A model generated the notes under the pieces. The model was not told the origin of the DNA, made no database searches, and saw nothing but the letters and a program-made list of their open reading frames with translations. DNA of 61,742 nucleotides, filler included. It is 5 parts of 5 records of this genome, joined end to end, with 100 filler letters (N's around TTAATTAATTAA, not from the genome) between each part and the next. Parts side by side here need not be neighbours in the genome. Positions count along the whole stretch, not along the records: positions 1 to 17,737 come from DRR723986_5440; positions 17,838 to 24,578 come from DRR723986_5441; 3 more parts are not named here. The stretch is one strand, 5' to 3'. The position numbers and the translations under genes are program-made. How positions within the stretch are numbered: the stretch's first letter is position 1; every line of letters begins with the position of its first letter. Positions 10,115 through 17,947 of this stretch are shown here, piece by piece.

Positions 10115-10453
10115 ATGACCCCCACAGAAGTTTCAGCACTTGTACTCGACTATTTCCGTTCCTGGCAGATTCGCGACTGGGATTTGATGCAGAGCTGTCT
10201 GGACCCGGGCTTCCAGTTTAACAGCGGCACACATCAGTTTGATGGCGCTGAGTCATTTTTGGCTATGTGCCGTCAGGGCCCCGATTGGGAATCCGTCGAG
10301 TTGCTGGAGAGCATGTTTAGCGAAAATCAGGCCGCCCTGCTCTATGAAGGCATCAGCCTGCCGGGTAAAAACCGCATCCGCACAGCCGAGATTATCACCT
10401 GTAAAGCCGCTAAAATTGTGAAAGCCGAAGTTGTATTTACCGTGCTGCCGTAA
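10115..10453 (+). CDS. SnoaL/NTF2-like small protein
   Basis: 112 aa with a V..YF.SW...DW..M..CL.P pattern followed by alternating beta-strands. Confidence 0.7.
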   Translation: MTPTEVSALVLDYFRSWQIRDWDLMQSCLDPGFQFNSGTHQFDGAESFLAMCRQGPDWESVELLESMFSENQAALLYEGISLPGKNRIRTAEIITCKAAKIVKAEVVFTVLP

Positions 10454-10466
10454 ATATTAACAATAA

Positions 10467-10501
10467 GGCCGGTAGTTCACTCTCACTGAGAACTACCGGC
10501 C
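10467..10501. terminator. Hairpin between convergent genes
   Basis: Perfect 12-bp inverted repeat GGCCGGTAGTTC / GAACTACCGGCC. Confidence 0.75.
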
Positions 10502-10553
10502 CATAGAATGACCGAAACTGTACGGATAGCTGTTTAGCATTAGCCTCCGTGGA

Positions 10554-12275
10554 TTAGTCGATCATCATTAATGGCAGCGATTGAGACTGGCCCAATCCGC
10601 TGATTTGCACAACATATGCACCGCTGTGCAAATCGGCCGAGTTGAGTTTAAATTGATTTTCGCCGGCAAGTGCGTTGTATGCTCCGCTAAATATCTGGCG
10701 TCCCTGCATGTCACTGATCAAAATCTGCACCGTGGCAGCGCGGTCCAGTTTGGCATTCAGCAGCAACAGTCCACCAACCTGTACCGGCTGCGGCAGGACT
10801 TCGGCGCTCAGGATCAGCGGCTCGCTGGAGAAGCCTGGCACCGGTTCTACACCAGACTTAATGGCGTTCGGCGCTACGTATTGACCGGGGCACATCGGTA
10901 GAATCGACTGGATATTACTCTGATTAACATTGTTATAAGTTGCGGTTGAGTAGGAATTAACAGTCCCGAGTACATTACTGTAACCGGCCGCGTTAACCTG
11001 ACTGTTGAGTACTATCTGATCACAGCCGGTTTTACCAACCAGGTTTGTGCGCAGCAGGTAGTGATCGTCAAACCCGGCTCCGGAGCCATTTGTCCAGCCG
11101 ACCATCCAGTATCCGCCCAGCGTAAACGGAGCTGCAGCACCCGCTGAATATGCAATCGAACGCAGTTCATCATTTGTGCCGGTGCCATACACGCGGTAGT
11201 TGATGATTCCCGGCAGGTTTGGTCCAATTTCGATGAAGAAACCATCGGAAGGTCCGCCGATAATCCCGGGCACTTCACCCGTCATCACCAGGTTGCCGGG
11301 CGTGCCGGAAGTGTTGATAAACCAGGCGCCTTCCTGTCCCGTTGCTGCGGCACTGTAACGCGCGCCCTGCAGGAAAGCTCCGCCGGCCACGGTACTGCGA
11401 ACTACAAAAACATCCGCATTGGCACCGGTGCGTGCGATACCGCAAGTATACAGGTCACCATTCGTATTTTCTACAACGGTCGAGAAACCTTCAGGATCAT
11501 TAACTGTGCCATAAGCGCCGGTCCAGAGCAATGCCCCCAGCGGCGAGACTGAGAACTGCAAGCCATCCCATGAAGGATTAAAACTGGTAGTCTCACCGGC
11601 AATCACAAAATCCCCGGTTGACATCTCACGGATGCAGCGTCCAAAATCCGTGCCGCCACCGCCATATTTATTTGACCAGAGCAGCACTCCACCCGGCCCA
11701 AACGCCGCAACAATTGCATCGTAACCACCGGCGGAAGGAATTGCATCCGTATAACCGGTGATATAGATGTCGCCATTGTTGGCTTCGATAATCGAAGTCG
11801 AAAAATCGTTGAAGCCATTGCCGGCTCCCAGGTAGGCCGTCCACAGAATTGCGCCGAACGGCGTGATGCGCATCACCACGATGTCTGCGGGGTTGCCCGG
11901 TATCGGATGCGCGCCGGAGGTCCAAACGTAGTCACCATTGGCGCATTCAAAAATTGACATTTCCGGCTCTACGACCGGGGATGTCAACTGTGTAGCTATC
12001 TGGATATCGTACACATACTCTACAATTGGAGCCCCCAGCGAATTTGAGAGCACGATATGTGCATTCGGTGCTGTGCCGGGCGCACCAAAACTATTGGTAT
12101 AACCAATGTGCGTCACATTGCCATTGGCATGGCTGATCAGGTTAAACGCTTGATCGTCCATCGGGCCACCATAGGTTTCTTCAATAATCCAGGACTGAGC
12201 TGAAACGCTCGCGGCACTAAAAACTAATACTACAAGCAGGCTGAATAACTGAGTAATACGGAGTGACATAAACAT
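10554..12275 (-). CDS. Secreted beta-propeller repeat protein with T9SS-type CTD (paralog 1)
   Basis: Signal peptide and repeated W..YG....D.....E..NGD..I.G blades. CTD VLPQPV...ISDMQGRQ...SGAYVVQI; RBS AAGGAG. Confidence 0.85.
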   Translation of the reverse strand: MFMSLRITQLFSLLVVLVFSAASVSAQSWIIEETYGGPMDDQAFNLISHANGNVTHIGYTNSFGAPGTAPNAHIVLSNSLGAPIVEYVYDIQIATQLTSPVVEPEMSIFECANGDYVWTSGAHPIPGNPADIVVMRITPFGAILWTAYLGAGNGFNDFSTSIIEANNGDIYITGYTDAIPSAGGYDAIVAAFGPGGVLLWSNKYGGGGTDFGRCIREMSTGDFVIAGETTSFNPSWDGLQFSVSPLGALLWTGAYGTVNDPEGFSTVVENTNGDLYTCGIARTGANADVFVVRSTVAGGAFLQGARYSAAATGQEGAWFINTSGTPGNLVMTGEVPGIIGGPSDGFFIEIGPNLPGIINYRVYGTGTNDELRSIAYSAGAAAPFTLGGYWMVGWTNGSGAGFDDHYLLRTNLVGKTGCDQIVLNSQVNAAGYSNVLGTVNSYSTATYNNVNQSNIQSILPMCPGQYVAPNAIKSGVEPVPGFSSEPLILSAEVLPQPVQVGGLLLLNAKLDRAATVQILISDMQGRQIFSGAYNALAGENQFKLNSADLHSGAYVVQISGLGQSQSLPLMMID

Positions 12276-12472
12276 GTCTCCTTGTTTATGGTAAAACGAC
12301 TAAAACAGGAAGTGGTTAAACGTGCGGCATATGCAGCTGCCGCAATGGACCATAAGACTCAATGCATTAAACGCGGGAAAAGGGTAACAGTGCAATCTGG
12401 AGCGGGCTGGGCAGGCCAAGTATCACAAGGGCGGGCCACACCTGCTCGGCGTACGAGAACTACTTTCAAATC

Positions 12473-12513
12473 CCGGTGCCGCCAATGGTTAATTCAAAAA
12501 ATGGCGGCACCGG
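12473..12513 (-). terminator. Hairpin between paralogs 2 and 1
   Basis: CCGGTGCCGCCA / TGGCGGCACCGG 12-bp inverted repeat. Confidence 0.6.
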
Positions 12514-12565
12514 AGTGACAGTATGTTAAGTGTCGAACATCTTAAGCGTCCGACTCGGGCATGTA

Positions 12566-14269
12566 TTAGTCGATCATCATCAGCGGCAGTGAGCTGGATT
12601 GCCCCATTGCGCTGATTTGCAGCACATAGGCGCCGCTGTTTAAGTCTTCAGACTCAAGCTTAAACTGGTTCTCGCCGGCTTGTGCCTTAACAGTCGATGC
12701 AAACACCTGGCGTCCCTGCATGTCGCTGATCACAATCTGCACTTCAGCGGCGCGGCTCAACTCAGTGTTTACGAGCAGCGGCCCTCCAATTTGTACAGGC
12801 TGCGGCAGGACTTCAGCATTCAGGAACAGGGTTTCGCTTGTAAATTCTTCTGGGATGTTAACACCGGACTTTAAGGCATTCGGTGCTACGTATTGACCCT
12901 GGCAGAGATTCTGAACCGAAAATGTATTAACAACTGTGAGGCCGCCGCCGGCGAAGGGGCCATAGAAGTTAACCGAAGGAGTGATAGGTGTGTAGCCGCT
13001 AACAGCTGTTTCCACAACGGAACTAAGCTGACCGCAGCCGGTTTTACCACGCAGATTAGTGCGCAGCAGGCAGTGGTCGTCGTTGCCTGTTAAACCATCG
13101 GTCCAGCCGATCATCCAATAGCCGTCCTGCGTCATTGGCATTGCCGAACCGGCGTTATATTCAACAGCGCGCAGTTCATCGTTGCCGGCCGTTCCCAGCG
13201 CGCGATAGTTAACAGCCGCACCAAAAGCCGGCCCAACTTCAAGGAAAAATCCATCAGCAGCACCGCCGATAATTCCGGGGACTTCACCGGTTAACACCAG
13301 GTTGCCCAGCGTTTGTGAAGTGGTGACATACCAGGCCCCTTCCTGTCCACCGGTTACGGCATTGTAGACTGAGGCCTGAATTTGTGCGCCGCCGCCAACA
13401 GCACTACGCACGATATAGGAGTCCGCGTTTGTGCCGCTCCAACGAATACCCGAAGTATACAGGTCACCATTAGTATTTTCTACTACGGTCGAGAAACCTT
13501 CCGCGCCAGTTGTTGAACCATAAGCGCCACCCCAGAGTAATGCGCCGCCGGGAGCAACGGCAAATTGCAGGCCGTCCCAGGTTCCTCCCGTCCAGCTATT
13601 GCTTTCTCCGGCAATCACAAAATCACCCGTACTTAACTCGCGGATGCAGCGGCCCAGATCGATATCATTACCACCGTACTTATTGGCAAACAGCGGCACA
13701 CCAGCGGCGGAAAACCCCGCGACGATTGCGTCGGTATTACCGGCCGTGGGCACTGCATCGGTATAACCGGTAATATAGATTTCTCCAATGCTCGTTTCAA
13801 TAACGGAAGTCGAAAGGTCATTGGCTCCATTGCCCATGCCAAGGTATTGCACCCAGATGACGCCACCGGCCGCATTAACACGCACGACGATGATATCTGA
13901 GGGTGCTCCCGGGGCTGTATGTACGCCCGTTGTCCACACAAAATCACCGTTAGTACATTCATAAATTGACATTTCGGGTTCAACTACTCCGGTTGCCACC
14001 TGAATATTATATACAGTTTCAAAAATGGGGTTGCCCAGCGGGTCACTGTGTACCAAATGCACATTTGGTGTGGTGGCCGGGTTGCCAAAACTGTTGGTAT
14101 AACCAAGATGTGTTACGTTGCCGTTGGCATGTGAGACAAGGTTAAATGCACGATCATTGGCGGCACCGCCGAAGACCTGTTCTATTATCCAGGACTGCGC
14201 AAAAACAGTAGTGCTGCCAAATGTTAAGACTGCGATAAAACAAATCAGAGATGTAATTCTGACGGACAT
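12566..14269 (-). CDS. Secreted beta-propeller repeat protein with T9SS-type CTD (paralog 2)
   Basis: Start re-placed at ATG 14269 (MSVRIT..., GGAG upstream); collinear with paralog 1 along its whole length. Confidence 0.85.
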   Translation of the reverse strand: MSVRITSLICFIAVLTFGSTTVFAQSWIIEQVFGGAANDRAFNLVSHANGNVTHLGYTNSFGNPATTPNVHLVHSDPLGNPIFETVYNIQVATGVVEPEMSIYECTNGDFVWTTGVHTAPGAPSDIIVVRVNAAGGVIWVQYLGMGNGANDLSTSVIETSIGEIYITGYTDAVPTAGNTDAIVAGFSAAGVPLFANKYGGNDIDLGRCIRELSTGDFVIAGESNSWTGGTWDGLQFAVAPGGALLWGGAYGSTTGAEGFSTVVENTNGDLYTSGIRWSGTNADSYIVRSAVGGGAQIQASVYNAVTGGQEGAWYVTTSQTLGNLVLTGEVPGIIGGAADGFFLEVGPAFGAAVNYRALGTAGNDELRAVEYNAGSAMPMTQDGYWMIGWTDGLTGNDDHCLLRTNLRGKTGCGQLSSVVETAVSGYTPITPSVNFYGPFAGGGLTVVNTFSVQNLCQGQYVAPNALKSGVNIPEEFTSETLFLNAEVLPQPVQIGGPLLVNTELSRAAEVQIVISDMQGRQVFASTVKAQAGENQFKLESEDLNSGAYVLQISAMGQSSSLPLMMID

Positions 14270-14426
14270 GGCGTGACTCCAATATGAAGGTAAGACAAAA
14301 TGGTTTGCTTGAAAAGATTGACTGGAAGGTTTCGGGCATAGATCGGTTGGCCGCATAATGTGTGTGTGCGGTTTTAGCCCAAAACGTGCTTGTTGTTCAG
14401 CTGTGTAGCTGAAGTGTAAGAAGTGG

Positions 14427-14471
14427 TTAACAGCCTCACGGTTAATTAACAGCCTCATGGCTAATTAACAG
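14427..14471. repeat. 19-bp tandem repeat, about 2.4 copies
   Basis: TTAACAGCCTCACGGTTAA / TTAACAGCCTCATGGCTAA / TTAACAG. Confidence 0.8.
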
Positions 14472-14608
14472 AAAGGAGCTGTTAGACAGTGGCCGGGCTA
14501 GGGCCTGTCGGATTGTAATGATGCACGAACTGCGGTCGCTGTGAGAACCGACCGGATGATGTTAATTGATTGGTATTACAGGCCAGAGTATGACCTATGG
14601 ACAACTTG

Positions 14609-14715
14609 AACGACTTGGTGTTTAGTTTGCTTCGATCTATTCATGGCAGTGGATGATCTCGCTGAAGCCAAACTAAACTTTGGCCTAATATGCGGCTACA
14701 AAGTCTAATTTGCAA
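14609..14715 (-). promoter_or_regulatory. Sigma70-type promoter (TTGCAA-17-CATATT) plus conserved leader hairpin, copy A
   Basis: -35 at 14715-14710 and -10 at 14692-14687. Aligns with 17101-17208 with a single 1-nt gap. Confidence 0.7.
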
Positions 14716-14967
14716 ATGTTATCACAAAAATTTTTGAACTTAAGCCTGCGTGTGTAATTCGGAAACAGGCTGTGTGATCATATGCTTCGGTAGTTTATAA
14801 GCCCATGTATTGCTGTGTTGCCTGCCGTGGATTGTGATGAATTATTGTGGCGGAAACATCGTTTTGAGCCTGCGTGCTTCGGCAGCACTTGTCTCAAGCT
14901 CTGTGTGGTTTTCTTGTTAGTTGTTTAACTAGTAGTTTTCAGTGTGATCCAAAGTTGTTAAATAATT

Positions 14968-15001
14968 CAGCCGCAGTTCTCTTGCAAAAGAACTGCGGCT
15001 G
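14968..15001 (-). terminator. Hairpin downstream of paralog 3
   Basis: CAGCCGCAGTTCT / AGAACTGCGGCTG 13-bp inverted repeat. Confidence 0.7.
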
Positions 15002-15087
15002 CGAATGATATTAATCGTGGCTTAACAGAACCTGACAACGCTCTACAATTCTGAAGGCCCTTCTGTTAAATGTTGAGTTGCGGAGTT

Positions 15088-16791
15088 CTAGTCAACCAGC
15101 ATCACCGGCAGCGATTCAGTCTGCCCCAGGCCGCTGACCTGCAGCACATACAGCCCGCTGTTTAAGTCTGCCGGATTGATTTTGAATTGATTGTTACCTG
15201 CCTGTGCATTAAAACGCGTGCTGAAGACTTCGCGCCCCTGCAGATCACTGATGCTGATTGTAAGTGTGGCTGCGCGTTCCAGGCCGGCATTCAGCTGCAG
15301 CTGCTCACCGCTTTGCACCGGTTGCGGCAGGACTTCAAGACTGACGAAGAGCGACTCGCCGGCGCTTGCCTCGAGATTCGGCGCACCTGACTTGAGGGCC
15401 TGTGGCTGATAGTAGCCAACGGAACACATCTGAAAACTTGAATTGGCGCTCACGGAGGCCAAATTGGCGTTTACTTGTGCCACCTGGTAGGAGTTTTTGC
15501 TTACCGTGGGTGAGGAGTAACCGGACGCGGCAGCATCTGAGGTGGTCGTGATCATGCCGCAGCCGGTTTTGCCGCGCAGATTTGAGCGCAGCATATAGTG
15601 ATCGTAGCTTCCGGCGCCGGAACCATTCGTCCGGCCAATCATCCAATATCCGTCCGCTGTGTATGGAGCAGATGCACCTGGCGAATATACCAAAGCACGT
15701 AAATCATCTTCGCCCGTTGTGCCAAGCACACGATAATTAACCGATGAGCCGAAAGCAGGGCCAACTTCCAGAAAAAATCCATCAGTTCCGCCGATAATTC
15801 CGGGGACTCTACCGGTCAGGACCAGATTTCCACTTGCCTTTGATTTGGCAATATGCCAGGCTTCTTCCTTGCCAGACGTAGCCGCACTATAGGTTGCGGC
15901 TTGCGTAATTCCACCACTTCCGGCGCTGCTGCGCACCACAAATACATCGCTGTTGCTGGACACCCAGGAAGCTCCCGCAGCGTACAGGTCTCCATTGGTA
16001 TTCTCGACCAGTGAATAGAGGCTTTCCCAATTGCTGCTGGTACCATAAACTCCGGTCCATACAATCGCGCCTGCAGGTGAAACGCAAAATTGCAGGCCAT
16101 CGCTTGAGCTGGACCAACTGTCCGACCCGCCGGCTATAACCAGATTGCCGATGCTGGATTCGCGGATGCAGTGGCCATAGTCGTCACCAGTACCGCCGTA
16201 CAGATTGGCCCATTGCATTGTGCCGCTGGCGTCATACTTAACAACCAGAGCATCAGTGTTTCCGGCTCCGCCGGAGGCCTCCGTATAACCTGTTATATAA
16301 ATGTCGCCTGTGCTAGATTCAATGATGGAAGTTGAGTAATCGTTGGCGGAGTTAATAGTGCCAATGTAGTTGCACCAGACCAGGCCACCGCTAGAGTTAA
16401 CCCGCACTACGATGATGTCCGTAGGGCCGCCAAGTAAAACTTCTACAGCACTTGTCCAGACAATATCACCATTGGCACATAGGAACACTGACATTTGTGG
16501 ATCGTCAACTGCCGCTGCAATGCGTACGTCATACACAGCCTCAAAAGTTGCTGTGCCGTGCGCATCAGAAAGGACCAGGTGCGCATTGGGCGATTTTGCC
16601 AGATTGCCAAGACTGTATGAATAGCCGATATGAATTACGCCGCCATTCGGTGCGGCAGCGAGGTCAAACGCGCGATCTTCCTGCAGGCCGCCAAAAGTTT
16701 GTTCAAAGGCCCTGGTTTGAGCGTCCATGGTGCTCGAAGCACACAGTACAAGAATGGCCAGGCCAATCATATATTTGATGTTAAAAGACAT
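15088..16791 (-). CDS. Secreted beta-propeller repeat protein with T9SS-type CTD (paralog 3)
   Basis: Start re-placed at ATG 16791 (MSFNIK..., GGAG upstream). Same blades, GKTGC motif and VLPQPV CTD as paralogs 1 and 2. Confidence 0.85.
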   Translation of the reverse strand: MSFNIKYMIGLAILVLCASSTMDAQTRAFEQTFGGLQEDRAFDLAAAPNGGVIHIGYSYSLGNLAKSPNAHLVLSDAHGTATFEAVYDVRIAAAVDDPQMSVFLCANGDIVWTSAVEVLLGGPTDIIVVRVNSSGGLVWCNYIGTINSANDYSTSIIESSTGDIYITGYTEASGGAGNTDALVVKYDASGTMQWANLYGGTGDDYGHCIRESSIGNLVIAGGSDSWSSSSDGLQFCVSPAGAIVWTGVYGTSSNWESLYSLVENTNGDLYAAGASWVSSNSDVFVVRSSAGSGGITQAATYSAATSGKEEAWHIAKSKASGNLVLTGRVPGIIGGTDGFFLEVGPAFGSSVNYRVLGTTGEDDLRALVYSPGASAPYTADGYWMIGRTNGSGAGSYDHYMLRSNLRGKTGCGMITTTSDAAASGYSSPTVSKNSYQVAQVNANLASVSANSSFQMCSVGYYQPQALKSGAPNLEASAGESLFVSLEVLPQPVQSGEQLQLNAGLERAATLTISISDLQGREVFSTRFNAQAGNNQFKINPADLNSGLYVLQVSGLGQTESLPVMLVD

Positions 16792-17100
16792 GGAGTATCT
16801 CCATAAAAAGGATGAGGAAAAAATCAGATTTTGATACTTCAGGGTACAGGTCTCTCCTGCTGCTTTGTAATGAAGCGGCATTTAACCTGTTGCAGAGTGT
16901 GTTAACCAGCGGTATAGCTGACTGCTGGAATTGGTGCACGTGTCCCGTTTGCCGACGGGAGTACGTTAGGTGTACAGAATGTTAATGTTTGCGGGAATGC
17001 ACGGCCAATGCGTCCCCAGTTATTGTGGAAACAAGCGCTTGAATACCGGGAATGTGGTTCGTATTAACCCAAAGGGAAAACTCGTGCCGTCTTGAATCTA

Positions 17101-17208
17101 AACGACTTTGTGTTTACATCAAATTGATCCACGCTTGGCGGTTCGGTGATCTCTGGACAGTTGATCTAAACACGGGTCTAATATGTAGAGAGCTGCGCAA
17201 AATTGCAA
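17101..17208 (-). promoter_or_regulatory. Sigma70-type promoter (TTGCAA-17-CATATT) plus conserved leader hairpin, copy B
   Basis: -35 at 17208-17203 and -10 at 17185-17180; homologous to 14609-14715. Confidence 0.7.
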
Positions 17209-17571
17209 GGGGAAAATTACGCTACAATCAATAATTCCAGCGTGTGCTACTGTCTGTGAAATTTTGGGATAGCTGGCTGTGGACAGGCTCAAGTACTTTT
17301 GACCTGGAAAGCAGTGCAAAACAAAAAGAAACAAGCAAGCCGGCGGAATGAAATGTAGTGGCGAAGCGCTCAGAAGCTCAGACTCAAAAGATACGCCTGG
17401 TTGAATATTTGATATGCAATATATACACGGCAGACTGTAAATGTTAAGTATGCGTTTGTGCATCTTGTGGAAGTATTTAAGGCGGAAACAATAAAGGGAG
17501 CCAAGCTGTCGCCCGGCCCCCTGCGCTAAAAGTTAAGTGCATTCCATGAATGCTCCACGGACAAGTATGAC

Positions 17572-17737
17572 TTAATCGAGCAAGATCACGTTAAGTGACT
17601 TTGACTCGGCCAGACCATTCAGACTCAATACATATGCACCACTGTTTAAACCGGCGGGGTTAAAGCTGACACTATTTGCACCAGCCACGGCATTGTAGGG
17701 CAAGGTGAAGACCTGGCGTCCACGCATGTCGTGCAGA
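17572..17737 (-). CDS. C-terminal end of a fourth paralog (cut by the contig end; not in the ORF track)
   Basis: Manual translation LHDMRGRQVFTLPYNAVAGANSVSFNPAGLNSGAYVLSLNGLAESKSLNVILLD* matches the CTD of paralogs 1-3. Confidence 0.8.
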
Positions 17738-17837
17738 NNNNNNNNNNNNNNNNNNNNNNNNNNNNNNNNNNNNNNNNNNNNTTAATTAATTAANNNNNNN
17801 NNNNNNNNNNNNNNNNNNNNNNNNNNNNNNNNNNNNN
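17738..17837. other. Artificial contig linker
   Basis: N-run + TTAATTAATTAA (stops in all frames) + N-run. Confidence 0.98.
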
Positions 17838-17947
17838 TGGGCGCAACGCGCTGACGGGGGGCGATCCTTGTTTCCAACATAGGACCGGAAGATTGACACC
17901 TTCCGTGATGGGCGCTGCATAGGCCCCTCGGCGCCCCGAGTCAAGCC

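Noticed and set aside
14270-14458. N-terminal extensions of paralog 2 (and of paralog 3, the LysR at 29105 and the dehydrogenase at 60004)
   Set aside because: Downstream starts have an RBS and match the signal peptides or family N-termini.
17782-17793. TTAATTAATTAA repeated four times in the window
   Set aside because: Synthetic six-frame-stop linker embedded in N runs, not biological.
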